Below, in pieces: positions 40,430-49,934 of a DNA stretch of 64,000 nucleotides. The position numbers and the translations under genes are program-made. Under the pieces are notes generated by a model. The model ran no database searches, was not told the DNA's origin, and was given only the letters and a program-made list of their open reading frames with translations. Location: NCBI GenBank assembly GCA_963796055.1, contig CAWCKH010000004.1, positions 640,001 to 704,000 on the forward strand. Reading direction: 5' to 3'. The DNA is from an uncultured delta proteobacterium (GTDB lineage: Bacteria; Myxococcota; Myxococcia; Myxococcales; Myxococcaceae). The number at the start of each line of letters is the position of its first letter. The stretch's first letter is position 1.

Positions 40430-41339
40430 GCAGCTCGGAGGCGTCGTCCTCGGGGGTGACCTCGAGGGCGGCGAACCAGAGCGCGAGGTCCTCCGGGAGC
40501 GGGGCCACCAGCCGCAGCGGAGCACCGGTGCGCGGGTGAGGGAGCACCAGCACGTGCGCATGCAGCAGCGAGCGGTCGATCTGCCGACCCTGCAGGTGCG
40601 ATGGCCCGCCGTAGAGCCGGTCCCCGGCGATCGGCGATCCGAGCGCGGCGAGGTGGGCGCGGATCTGGTGCGTCCGGCCGGTGCGCGGCCAGACGGTGGC
40701 GAGCGCCAGCTCCGGCGTCCCCCCGAGCCGCCGGAAGCGCGTCTCGGCCTGCAGGCCGTCGCCGGGCCGTGCCGCCCACCGTCCGGGACGCGTCCGGTCA
40801 CGCGTGAGGCGCAGGGTGCACGTGCCCTCCGGTGGCAGTCCGGGACCGGTGACCGCGAGGTACTGCTTGCGCGCCGCCCCGGTGCGAAAGCTCGCCGCGA
40901 GCGCCGAGGTGGCGGCGGGCGACTTGCCGAACACCGTCACCCCGCTCGTGTCCCGATCCAGCCGGTGGACGAGGCCCGCCTCGCGGCCCAGGTACCCGGA
41001 GGCGAGGGTGAGGAGGCTGCTGACCCCGCCCGGCGTGGGCTGCGCGGGCAGACCGGGCGGCTTGTCCACCGCGAGCAGCTGGCGATCCTCGTGGAGGACG
41101 CGAAGCGGGGCGGCGGCGAGCAGGGGGGCCGTGGAGGCGCGCCCCGCTTCCTCCAGCACCACCAGGATGGGGCAGTCCGCCGGGACGCCCGCGGCCGGAT
41201 CGCGCTGCCGCCGTCCGCGGACGTACACCGCGCCGCGCGCGACGAGGGTCCGCGCCTCGTCCAGCGTGCAGCCCAGTCCTGCGGCGACGCCTCCGGCGAG
41301 TGGACCGGCGGCGCGGGTCTGGAACGCCCGCCGCTTCAC
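40395..41339 (-). CDS. RluA family pseudouridine synthase
   Basis: VDKPPGL, VHRLDRDTSG, TGRTHQIRAHL, GDRLYG, LHA. Confidence 0.92.
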   Translation of the reverse strand: MKRRAFQTRAAGPLAGGVAAGLGCTLDEARTLVARGAVYVRGRRQRDPAAGVPADCPILVVLEEAGRASTAPLLAAAPLRVLHEDRQLLAVDKPPGLPAQPTPGGVSSLLTLASGYLGREAGLVHRLDRDTSGVTVFGKSPAATSALAASFRTGAARKQYLAVTGPGLPPEGTCTLRLTRDRTRPGRWAARPGDGLQAETRFRRLGGTPELALATVWPRTGRTHQIRAHLAALGSPIAGDRLYGGPSHLQGRQIDRSLLHAHVLVLPHPRTGAPLRLVAPLPEDLALWFAALEVTPEDDASELLTAAGSADRPR

Positions 41340-41401
41340 GTGCGAGGTGTCCCGAGTCGTGCCTTGACCGTTGAATCAACCTCCTGGCAGCGTGACCGCC
41401 C

Positions 41402-42211
41402 ATGACCACCTTGGCGAGGGCGGTGCAGGAGGCCCGCGGCGCCCGGAGCACCGCCATGCCGGCCGGGCACCGCGCCATCTTCGACTGGGCGCTCCACGGG
41501 GAGCAGGGTGCGCTCTATGCCGCGTGTCAGGTGACCGAGGCGGTGCCGTGGCTGGACGCCAAGCTCTACGGCAGCAGCCAGGTGGTGGACGAGGGGCGGC
41601 ACGTCGAGGTGTTCCACGGCTACCTCACCCGGAAGCTGGAGAAGCTCTACGAGATCAACGACAACCTCTACACCATCGTCGACGCGCTGATGACTGACTC
41701 CCGCTGGGACATGAAGTTCCTCGGGATGCAGATCATGATCGAGGGGCTGGCGCTGGGGGCGTTCGGCACCTTCCGGCAGGTCACCGGCGAGCCCCTGTTG
41801 AAAAGCCTCCTCACCTACGTCATCACCGACGAGGCGCGGCACGTCCACTTCGGCGTGCTGGCGCTCGACGAATGGATTCAGCAGCTGAGCGACCGGGAAC
41901 GGAGGGAGCGCGAGGACTGGGCGTTCGAGGTCTCCCTGCTGCTCCGCAACCGCTTCCTGGCATGGGAATTCTACGAGGAACACTGGGCGCACGCCTTCAC
42001 CCGCGCGGAGTGGGAACGGCTGAGCGTGGGCAGCAAGCTGATGGGTGCGTTCCGGCAGACGATGTTCAAGCGCATCGTCCCCAATCTGAAACGCATTGGA
42101 CTGCTCTCCGACCGGATCCGTCCCCGGTACGACGCCCTGGGCCTGCTGGCGTACGAGAATGGCCGCGCCGCGCCGGAGCTGACCGCGACCGACCTTCTCG
42201 AGGACCGCTAG
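41402..42211 (+). CDS. Ferritin-like diiron protein (AurF/R2-like)
   Basis: HGEQGA, DEGRH, IEGLAL, DEARH give the E, ExxH, E, ExxH ligand set. Confidence 0.82.
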   Translation: MTTLARAVQEARGARSTAMPAGHRAIFDWALHGEQGALYAACQVTEAVPWLDAKLYGSSQVVDEGRHVEVFHGYLTRKLEKLYEINDNLYTIVDALMTDSRWDMKFLGMQIMIEGLALGAFGTFRQVTGEPLLKSLLTYVITDEARHVHFGVLALDEWIQQLSDRERREREDWAFEVSLLLRNRFLAWEFYEEHWAHAFTRAEWERLSVGSKLMGAFRQTMFKRIVPNLKRIGLLSDRIRPRYDALGLLAYENGRAAPELTATDLLEDR

Positions 42212-42230
42212 CGGCGCGAGATTCCCTCCC

Positions 42231-43706
42231 ATGGCATCTCTGAACGCGCTCCGCGTCGAAGCCGAGGCGTGGCTGGAGGAGCTGGGGCGCGCCCGGGCCC
42301 AGGCGGCGCCGGGAGTGGCGCAGCTCGGGGCGGTGGACCAGAGCCACCGCGAGGTGGTCTCGGCCGACACCGCGCGGGCGGTGGGAGCACTGCTCGCCTC
42401 GAGCCGGGTACCGGCACCGGAGCTGCCGCGGCTGAGGATGCTGGTGCGCTTCCTCGAGGACGCCTCGCTGGAGGCCGCGGCGCGCGAGGGCCGCACGGCG
42501 CTCGAGGTGTCGCGGTGGCGGAGCGCGCCCGAGAGCGGGCTGGAGCTGCCGCTGGCCGAGGCCGAGGCGGAGCTCCCCCGGGCGGAGGAGCGCCTCGCCC
42601 GCCTGCAGTGTGAGGCGGCGGTGGACCGCGGCTGGGAGGCTCTGCTCCCTAGAGCCCAGCGGGTGCAAGGGGCGTTGACCGAGGGGGCAAACGCGCTGGG
42701 AGCGCCCAGCCTCCCGGTGCTGGTCGACGCACGGCGGGACCCGGCCTGGACGGCACTCGACACCGCAGGGTTCCTTCGCACCACCGAGGACGCCTACCGC
42801 GACGTGCTGGGCTGGGCACTGGGAAAGGTGGCGCCGCGGCTCGCCCCGCTCCCACGGGGGGACGCGACGCTCGGCGACCTGGACCGGGTGCGTGCGCTGC
42901 CTGGCTACCCGGGGGCGCTGGAGGCGGCGGACGAGGCGCTCCGCGCGTGGGTGGAACGGCTGCCGGACGTGGAGGAGCGTGCGCGCCACCTCCGCACGCG
43001 GATGGTGCCCCCGGCGGCCGCCCGGGCCATCGCGGTGGACGTTCCCGAGCAGATCGAGCTCCTGCTCCCGGCGGTGACGGACGGGGCCGAGGCTCCGGCG
43101 CGCTTCTTCTGGACTGGCTGCGCGCTGCACCTCGCCTCGGTCGAGTCCGACGCTCCGGTGGAGCACCGGTGGATGGGGGATCGCGCCGTGGTGGCCGCCT
43201 CGGGCTGGCTGGTGCGCGGGCTGCTCTGGCACGAGCGCTGGCTGCGTGAAGTGCTCGGGCTGGGGCGGGCCACCGCGCGGGAAGTGGCACGGATGGAGGC
43301 GCTGGTGGCGCTGGGGACGCTCCGGGCCGAGGCGGCGCTCGACCCTCACCGCCGGGCGATGGCCAGCGCGGGTCCGACCCTGCAGCGACTCGGAGGCGCG
43401 GCCGAGGCGGTCGCGGCAGCGCTGAGCGTCCAAGTGGGCCGGGGCCGCGCCCTGGGGATGGTCGCGGACCTGGACGTCACCCGGCGACGGCTCCGTGCCG
43501 CGGCGCTCGCCAGCTGCCTGTGGGCGGAGGCGGACCGGCGGTTCGACGCGGACGAGTTCCGGAACCCGGTGGCGGCGCGGTGGCTCGTCGCCCTCTGGAG
43601 CCGGGGGGCGCCCGAGGCGCCGGAGCAGATGGCACCGGCGCTCTGCGCGAGCCCGCTCGGATTCGAGCGCCTCGGGGCCGAGCTGGTGGCGGTGCTCGGC
43701 GCCTGA
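42231..43706 (+). CDS. Hypothetical protein, degenerate M3/gluzincin-peptidase-like
   Basis: Helical; FLRTTEDAYRDVLGW, VDVPEQIEL, PVEHRWMGD, LWSRG resemble myxobacterial M3-like proteins as I recall them; no HExxH motif. Confidence 0.55.
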   Translation: MASLNALRVEAEAWLEELGRARAQAAPGVAQLGAVDQSHREVVSADTARAVGALLASSRVPAPELPRLRMLVRFLEDASLEAAAREGRTALEVSRWRSAPESGLELPLAEAEAELPRAEERLARLQCEAAVDRGWEALLPRAQRVQGALTEGANALGAPSLPVLVDARRDPAWTALDTAGFLRTTEDAYRDVLGWALGKVAPRLAPLPRGDATLGDLDRVRALPGYPGALEAADEALRAWVERLPDVEERARHLRTRMVPPAAARAIAVDVPEQIELLLPAVTDGAEAPARFFWTGCALHLASVESDAPVEHRWMGDRAVVAASGWLVRGLLWHERWLREVLGLGRATAREVARMEALVALGTLRAEAALDPHRRAMASAGPTLQRLGGAAEAVAAALSVQVGRGRALGMVADLDVTRRRLRAAALASCLWAEADRRFDADEFRNPVAARWLVALWSRGAPEAPEQMAPALCASPLGFERLGAELVAVLGA

Positions 43707-43720
43707 GGTCCAGGCTCAGC

Positions 43721-44002
43721 TCAGCGGCGGCCGCGAAGGGCGCGGACGATCTTCGACTTCGCGGGCGAAGGCATCCGCGGGACACGGGCCCGGGCCTGCC
43801 GGGCGAGCTGGAGCTCGAGGAGGAGCAGCTCGTCGGCGAGCTCGCTCCCCTCCGTTGCGATGCGGGCCAGCGGGGCATCGGCCCGGACGCCCACGCCGTG
43901 GAGCATGCGGATCGCGCGCTCCTCGTCCGGAGTCAGGTGGCGGTCCTGCGTGCGCAGCGCCTCCCTGACGGCTCCGGACTGCTTCTTCGGCGTGCGCTCC
44001 AT
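43721..44002 (-). CDS. Small hypothetical protein
   Basis: AGGAG RBS; LTPDEERAIRMLHGVG; ELADELLLLELQL; basic C-terminus. Confidence 0.7.
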   Translation of the reverse strand: MERTPKKQSGAVREALRTQDRHLTPDEERAIRMLHGVGVRADAPLARIATEGSELADELLLLELQLARQARARVPRMPSPAKSKIVRALRGRR

Positions 44003-44153
44003 GGCTCCTCGTCCAGTGTCTCACCTCTGAACGGGCGTCCAGAGGAGCCGCTTCAGAACCGCGGCGTTCCGATACCTTACGGGCAGGTCCGGGGAGATCA
44101 ACTTTTCGAGCGTCAGCGGAGAGGAGAGGCCGAAAACCCGAGCCGGACCGGGC

Positions 44154-45170
44154 CTATCCGGAGGTGTCGTCGTCCACCTCGGCCTCCACGCCGGCGTCGG
44201 CGCTGCCCTTTCGCTGGATGCCGAACCGGTCGAGCGCATCGGCGATGCCTTCGGGCTTGTCGGCGTCGGCGAGATGCCCCTCGGGAGGCTGGATGGCGAC
44301 GGGCTTGCCCACGTCCTTGATGCGCTCGTCGAGCACCACGTGGAGCTGTGCCAGAGCCACGCCCTTCTCGCCGGCAACGCCCAGGGTGCCGTCGAGGTGA
44401 GCGCGGAGGACGACCGCGGTAGCCGCGTCGACCACCACCTCCCCGGTGAGCTTCCTCGGCTGTCGCTGCTCCATGAACCGCTGACGACGGGCGGTGTCGT
44501 CGTCGAGACCGCTGCGGGCGTGGGCGAGCGGGGGCGGCGTCTCCCCCCTGGCGGACTTCACCTGGGCCGGGGCGTCGGCGAGGCGCAGGGTGTAGCGCAC
44601 CGCCGGGCGCCCCTCGATCGAGGTGGGTCCAGCGAGCGCGAGCTCGAGCCGGCCCTGGAAGAGGCCGTCCAGCTGCTGCAGCGCACCGGCGGTCTCATCG
44701 CGGGTGCGCTCGGCCATGCCCCGGTCTCGCAGGCGGAGCCGGTACTTGCCGTACTTGCTGCGGGCGAAGACCTGGCCCCGGGCGCGGACGACCTCCAGTC
44801 CCTGGTCGCGGCTGTTGTCGATGCGGGCGTGGAAGTCTCCGGCGACGCCACCCGCGGCGGACTCGAGGAGCCGGGTCTCGGTGAGCTTCACCGTGTCCTT
44901 CCCCGCGGTCCAGGTGAAGGAGACCTCGGCGCTGAAGCGGTGGGGCCCCAGGCGCTCGGTCACCTCGGCGGGCCCCATGTCCACCACCCGGTGCGCGAGC
45001 TTGGGGTCCGAGCCCAGCTTCTGGGCGTCGAGGCTCTCCTTGGCCGAGGCGACCACCGCCGGCGGAGCCTCCGGCGAGAAGATGCGCTCCTTGGCAGCGC
45101 GGTCGACCGGTTCAGTGCAGGCGGCGAGCAGCGCCAGCGCTGCGGGGAGGAGACGGGAAGAGTGCAGCAC
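44154..45170 (-). CDS. Hypothetical lipoprotein
   Basis: Lipobox LAAC then TEPVDRAAKERIFSPE; beta-rich body. Start codon estimated. Confidence 0.7.
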   Translation of the reverse strand: MLHSSRLLPAALALLAACTEPVDRAAKERIFSPEAPPAVVASAKESLDAQKLGSDPKLAHRVVDMGPAEVTERLGPHRFSAEVSFTWTAGKDTVKLTETRLLESAAGGVAGDFHARIDNSRDQGLEVVRARGQVFARSKYGKYRLRLRDRGMAERTRDETAGALQQLDGLFQGRLELALAGPTSIEGRPAVRYTLRLADAPAQVKSARGETPPPLAHARSGLDDDTARRQRFMEQRQPRKLTGEVVVDAATAVVLRAHLDGTLGVAGEKGVALAQLHVVLDERIKDVGKPVAIQPPEGHLADADKPEGIADALDRFGIQRKGSADAGVEAEVDDDTSG

Positions 45171-45237
45171 GGAACGGACGGACCCTAGCACGGGACTTCC
45201 GCCCGGAACCTGGACGTGGTGAGAAGCCACCCGCACC

Positions 45238-45957
45238 GTGCAGAACCTCCGCGACAAGCTGCTCAAGGCCGGCCTGGTCACGGCCGAGCAGGCAGAAGAA
45301 GCCGAGAGGACCCCCGAGCCGCCGCCGCGCCCCGAGCGGCGCCGGGAGCGACCGGACCGCCCGTCACCCGCGCCCGGGAAGTCGGGCGGACCGTGGATGG
45401 TGGTCCGGCCACAGCCGCTGGGCGCCATCCCCAAGCTGCCGCCGCTGCCGGGAAGCAAGGCCTCGCAGCGGCTGGAGGCGAAGCGCCAGCTGGAGCGCGA
45501 CCGCCAGCTCCGTGAGCGGGTGCTCACCGCGCAGGTACCGCTCGAGCCGGGCGAGCGGACGTTTTATTTCGTCACCCGGAAGAACCGTCTCCGGCGGCTC
45601 GAGCTGGCCGACGCGCAGGCCGAGGCGCTGGAGCAGGGCCGGCTGGCGGTGGTGGAACGGCCCGATCCGGCCCAGCTGGAGCACGCGCTGGTGCCGGCGG
45701 AGCTCGCCCTGGCGCTGGTCGCCGAGTTCCCGAAGGCGGTGCGCTTCCTGAACGCACCCGGCTCACCAGTGGGTTTCCTCAGCGACGAGGAGGTCAAGGC
45801 GCGCGCCGCGGCCGAGGCCGCCGAGACCCCCGAGGAGCGGGCCGCGGCCGACGCGCCCCAGAGCGAGGAGCAGCGGGCCGAGGAGGCCGCCGACGCCGCC
45901 GAGGCGGAAGGGCCGGTCGAGTCAGCTGCGGCCCGGCCGTCGAGCGAGCCGCCCTGA
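45238..45957 (+). CDS. DUF2058 (YaiL-like) family protein
   Basis: MQNLRDKLLKAGLV N-terminus; FYFV; LEQGRLAVV. Confidence 0.75.
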   Translation: MQNLRDKLLKAGLVTAEQAEEAERTPEPPPRPERRRERPDRPSPAPGKSGGPWMVVRPQPLGAIPKLPPLPGSKASQRLEAKRQLERDRQLRERVLTAQVPLEPGERTFYFVTRKNRLRRLELADAQAEALEQGRLAVVERPDPAQLEHALVPAELALALVAEFPKAVRFLNAPGSPVGFLSDEEVKARAAAEAAETPEERAAADAPQSEEQRAEEAADAAEAEGPVESAAARPSSEPP

Positions 45958-46056
45958 GGCCCGGGCGGCCGGGACGCAGCGCAGGGGGCCGGTTCCCCCC
46001 GTCCGACATCGAGCGCAGGATTCGAGGCGCCGTCACGCGGCGGCGGTGACAGCTCC

Positions 46057-46743
46057 ATGGGCATGGTCGGGAACGACTGGACAGCGGCCCTCGAGGTGAG
46101 CGGGCACGGAGTCATTCGCGGGCTCCTGGGGGCGCCCGAGTGCGTTGCCATCGCGGCGTTGTACGACGAGCCGGCCCGCTTCCGCTCCAGGGTGGTGATG
46201 GCCAAGCACGGCTTCGGCCGGGGCGAGTACCAGTACTTCGCCCATCCCCTGCCCGAGCGCGTGTCGACGCTCCGCCGGTCGCTCTACGAGGCGCTGGTCC
46301 CGGCGGCCAACCGCTGGGCGGAGGCGCTCGGCAAGCCGAGCCGCTACCCGGACACGCTGGAGAAGTACCTGGACCGCTGCCATGCCGCGGGCCAGACCCG
46401 GCCCACGCCGCTGCTGCTCCGGTACGTCCCGGGCGACTTCAACTGCCTGCACCAGGACCTCTACGGGCCGGCGGCGTTCCCCTTCCAGGTGGCGGTCCTC
46501 CTCAGCAGGCCCGAGGCGGACTTCACAGGCGGGGAGCTCGTGCTCACCCAGCAACGCCCGCGGATGCAGTCGCGGGTGGACGTGGTGCCGCTGGCGCAGG
46601 GAGACGCCGTCGCCTTCGCGGTGAACGAGCGGCCGGTCCAGGGGACGCGCGGAGTGTACCGGGTGCGCATGCGCCACGGGGTCAGCGAGGTGCGCACCGG
46701 TCGCCGCCACACGCTGGGGATCATCTTCCACGACGCCACCTGA
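46057..46743 (+). CDS. 2OG-Fe(II) oxygenase (DUF2086-like)
   Basis: HGFGRGEYQYF, RPTPLLL, CLHQDLYG (HxD), GGELVL, RHGVS, RHTLGIIFHDA. Confidence 0.88.
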   Translation: MGMVGNDWTAALEVSGHGVIRGLLGAPECVAIAALYDEPARFRSRVVMAKHGFGRGEYQYFAHPLPERVSTLRRSLYEALVPAANRWAEALGKPSRYPDTLEKYLDRCHAAGQTRPTPLLLRYVPGDFNCLHQDLYGPAAFPFQVAVLLSRPEADFTGGELVLTQQRPRMQSRVDVVPLAQGDAVAFAVNERPVQGTRGVYRVRMRHGVSEVRTGRRHTLGIIFHDAT

Positions 46744-46907
46744 GCGCGGCGGCGTCCGGCGGTCCCGGGCGCCGCTCATCGCCTGCGCCGCGGCGGCCAT
46801 CGTCCTCGCCGCCGGGCTGCTCCTGGGCACCCGGGCACGGACCAGGGCACGACGGCCCGTCGAGGGGGCATGAACGCGGGCCGCGGCCGTTGACCCCGGG
46901 GCCGCGG

Positions 46908-47378
46908 TCAGTGGCGAGGAGCGGCGACCGCCTCGATCTCGACCAGGAGATCGTCGCGGACGAGGCCCTTCACCTCGACCAGGGTGCTCGCGGGGCGCGG
47001 CCCCTCCCCAAGGAACTGCTCGCGAACCTCGCGGTACACGGCGATCTGGCTCGCATCCCGCACGTACCAGTTGAGCTTCACCACGTCGGCGAAGGTCGCC
47101 CCGGCCGACTCGAGCGCGATCTTCAGATTGCGGAACACCTGCTCGGTCTGCGCCCGGACGTCACCGGGACCCACGACGTTGCCCTTCGCGTCGAAGGCGA
47201 CCTGTCCGGCGACGTACACCATCCGCCCGGCGGGCACGTCGACCACGTGGGTGTAGCCGCGCGGGGGCGCGAGCCCGGGCGGATTGGAGAAGGTCGACGC
47301 TGGCATGGTGGATCCTCCGGGGTGTGCGCAGGCGATGGAGAGAACGGCGAGGAGCGAGGGCGTCAGCAGGGAGCGCAT
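46908..47378 (-). CDS. Rid (YjgF/YER057c/UK114) family protein, possible lipoprotein
   Basis: GYTHVV, VYVAGQV, AQTEQVFRNL, DVVKL, PASTLVEV, LVEIEAVA; alternative start at 47306. Confidence 0.85.
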   Translation of the reverse strand: MRSLLTPSLLAVLSIACAHPGGSTMPASTFSNPPGLAPPRGYTHVVDVPAGRMVYVAGQVAFDAKGNVVGPGDVRAQTEQVFRNLKIALESAGATFADVVKLNWYVRDASQIAVYREVREQFLGEGPRPASTLVEVKGLVRDDLLVEIEAVAAPRH

Positions 47379-47470
47379 CGGTCTCGGGTGGGGAACGGCA
47401 GGATTGTGCGCCCGGGCGCTCGGGCTCGCACGGCGACGCAGGGAGCTGGCCTCGCCGGGATGGGAGTGGG

Positions 47471-48688
47471 TCAGAGGCGATCGACGACGGGGAAGTCGAA
47501 CGAGACCAGCTCGCCATACTTGAGACCTGTGCCGGTGTTCATGAGGACAATCTGTTCCTCGCGGTCGATCGCTCCGCTGGCCACAAGCTTCTTGATGCCG
47601 GCCCAGACCGCGCCACCCTCGGGCGCGGCGAAGACACCCTCGCTGGCGGCGATCTCCCGCATCCCGTCGAGCGCCTCGTCGTCGGTGACGGTGAGGGCGG
47701 TGCCACCCGAGCGGCGAATCAGGTCCAGCATGATGGAGTCGGCGACGGCCGCCGGAACGCGAAGGCCACTGATGCGGGTGTGGGCATCGGCGACGGCCGG
47801 CGCGTGGTCGAGCCCCTGCTGGAAGGCCCGGACGATGGGAGCGCAGCCCTCGGTCTGGACGGCGATCATCCGTGGACGCCGGGAGTCGATCCATCCGAGC
47901 TGCTCCAGCTCCTCGAGCGCCTTCCAGATCCCGACCAGGCCGGTGCCGCCCCCCGTGGGGTAGACGATGACGTCGGGCACCTTCCAGCCGAGCTGCTCGA
48001 CCAGCTCCAGGCCCATCGTCTTCTTCCCCTCGGCGCGGTAGGGCTCCTTGAGCGTCGAGAGATCGAACCAGCCCTCCTCGGCGGCACGCTTCCGCACCCA
48101 GGCACCGCAGTCGCTGATCAGCCCCCGGACGAGCACCACCTCCGCGCCGGCCACGCCGGACTCCTTCTTGTTCAGCTCCGGCGCATCGACCGGCATGTAG
48201 ACGTGGGCCTTCAGCCCGGCCCGGGCCGCATAGGCGGCAAGAGCGCCGCCCGCGTTCCCTGCCGTCGGGAGCGCGACCTCATGCGCGCCGAGCTCGCCGG
48301 CCCGGGACACCGCCGCCGAGATGCCGCGCGCCTTGAAGGAGCCGGTGGGATTGCTGCCCTCGTCCTTGAGGAGCAGCCGTTTCAGCCCGGCGCGGGCCCC
48401 GAGCCGCGGCACGGGAAGGAGCGGCGAGTCCCCTTCCCCGAGCGAGACGATGTGTCGGGCATCCCGGACCGGCAGCAGCTCGCGCCAGCGCCACATGCCG
48501 CGGGGGCGAGCGGCGACCGACTCCGGAGAGAGGGTCCGGGCAGCGCGCCGGAGGTCGTAGCGGGCGAGGAGCACCTTGCCGCAGTCCGGACAGAGGTTCT
48601 GAAGACGGTCGGCGTCGTGCTCCTGCCCGCACGCGCTGCACTGGAGGTGGGTGAGCGTGCTGCCCGTGTCGGAGCTCGACCTGGCCAT
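47471..48688 (-). CDS. thrC: Threonine synthase-like PLP enzyme
   Basis: N-terminal CxxC...CxxC, MWRWRELLP, LGEGDSPL, NPTGSFKARG, TAGNAG, EGKKTMG, YPTGGG, NTGTGLKY. Confidence 0.85.
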   Translation of the reverse strand: MARSSSDTGSTLTHLQCSACGQEHDADRLQNLCPDCGKVLLARYDLRRAARTLSPESVAARPRGMWRWRELLPVRDARHIVSLGEGDSPLLPVPRLGARAGLKRLLLKDEGSNPTGSFKARGISAAVSRAGELGAHEVALPTAGNAGGALAAYAARAGLKAHVYMPVDAPELNKKESGVAGAEVVLVRGLISDCGAWVRKRAAEEGWFDLSTLKEPYRAEGKKTMGLELVEQLGWKVPDVIVYPTGGGTGLVGIWKALEELEQLGWIDSRRPRMIAVQTEGCAPIVRAFQQGLDHAPAVADAHTRISGLRVPAAVADSIMLDLIRRSGGTALTVTDDEALDGMREIAASEGVFAAPEGGAVWAGIKKLVASGAIDREEQIVLMNTGTGLKYGELVSFDFPVVDRL

Positions 48689-48738
48689 CGGCGGCACCGT
48701 AGCCGACAGCCTTCGAGCGCCGCCAACGTCGCCGCTCC

Positions 48739-49917
48739 TCACCCGAAGGCGTCGATCCCGGTGATCGCCTTGCCCAGCACCAGGGTGTGCACCTCGTGCG
48801 TGCCCTCGTAGGTGAGCACCGACTCGAGGTTCAACGCATGCCGCAGCGGGGGGAAGTCGTCGGTGATGCCGTTCGCCCCGAGGATGGTCCGTGCCGAGCG
48901 CGCGATCTCCAGCGCCGACCGCACGTTGGCCCGCTTCGCCAGCGACACCAGCACCGGGCTCGCTTGTCCCTCGTCCTTGAGGCGCATCAGCCGGAGTCCG
49001 AGCAGCTGCGCCTGGACGATGCGCTCCAGCATGTCCGCGAGCTTCTCCTGGGTGAGCTGGAACGAGCCGATGGGCCGGTCGAACTGCCGCCGCTGCAGCG
49101 CATAGCTCCGCGCCGCCTCGAAGCAGGCGATGGCCGCCCCCGTCACCGCGAAGGCGATGCCCGCCCGCGCATTGTTCAGGCAGCTCAGAGGCCCGCGCAG
49201 CCCCTGGACGCCCGGAAGCACGTTCCGGTCCGGGACACGCACCTCGGTGAACGACAGCTCGGCGGTCCACGACGCCCGGAGCGACAGCTTCCCGGGAATC
49301 TCCCTGGCCACGAAACCCGGCATCCCCTTCTCCACCAGGAAGCCGCGCACCGACTCCGGGCCGCCTTCGCCGGTCTTGGCCCACACCACCGCGACGTCGG
49401 CCACCGTCCCGTTGGTGATCCACGCCTTGCTTCCGTCGAGCACCCAGCCGTCGCCGTCGCGCACGGCCCCGGTCCGCATGCTGCCCGGATCCGAGCCCGC
49501 CTCCGGCTCGGTCAGCCCGAAGCAGCCGATGCACGCACCGCGCGCCATCGCCGGGAGGAAGCGCTGCTTCTGCTCCTCCGAGCCCCAGGCGTGGAGGGGG
49601 TACATCACCAGCGAGCCCTGCACCGAGGCGAAGCTCCGCAGCCCCGAGTCGCCGCGCTCCAGCTCTTGCAGCCCGAGCCCGTAGGCCACATTGCTCACCC
49701 CGGCGCAGCCGTACCCGGACAGGTTCGCCCCGAGGACGCCCAGCTCCCCCAGCCGCGGGACGAGCTGGGCGGGGAATGTCCCCTCGCGGAAGTGCCGCCC
49801 GATGACCGGAAGCACCTCCGTGTCCACCACCCGGGCCACCGAATCGCGCACCGCCCGCTCGTCCGCCGACAGCGCGTCGTCCAGCCGGTACAGCGCCTCG
49901 ACCCCGCTCCGCTCCAC
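48739..49917 (-). CDS. Acyl-CoA dehydrogenase (glutaryl-CoA dehydrogenase-like)
   Basis: ELERGDSGLRSFASVQGSL, GCFGLTEP, GSKAWITNG, NLESVLTYEGT. Confidence 0.9.
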   Translation of the reverse strand: MERSGVEALYRLDDALSADERAVRDSVARVVDTEVLPVIGRHFREGTFPAQLVPRLGELGVLGANLSGYGCAGVSNVAYGLGLQELERGDSGLRSFASVQGSLVMYPLHAWGSEEQKQRFLPAMARGACIGCFGLTEPEAGSDPGSMRTGAVRDGDGWVLDGSKAWITNGTVADVAVVWAKTGEGGPESVRGFLVEKGMPGFVAREIPGKLSLRASWTAELSFTEVRVPDRNVLPGVQGLRGPLSCLNNARAGIAFAVTGAAIACFEAARSYALQRRQFDRPIGSFQLTQEKLADMLERIVQAQLLGLRLMRLKDEGQASPVLVSLAKRANVRSALEIARSARTILGANGITDDFPPLRHALNLESVLTYEGTHEVHTLVLGKAITGIDAFG

Positions 49918-49934
49918 GTCGCCTCCTCGCACCG

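Noticed and set aside
46870..46910. GC hairpin between convergent genes as an intrinsic terminator
   Set aside because: No U-tract on either strand, and such stems arise by chance at this GC content.
16533..48688. Threonine dehydratase, aldolase, synthase and Rid as one pathway cluster
   Set aside because: Genes are spread over more than 30 kb in separate transcription units with unrelated neighbours.
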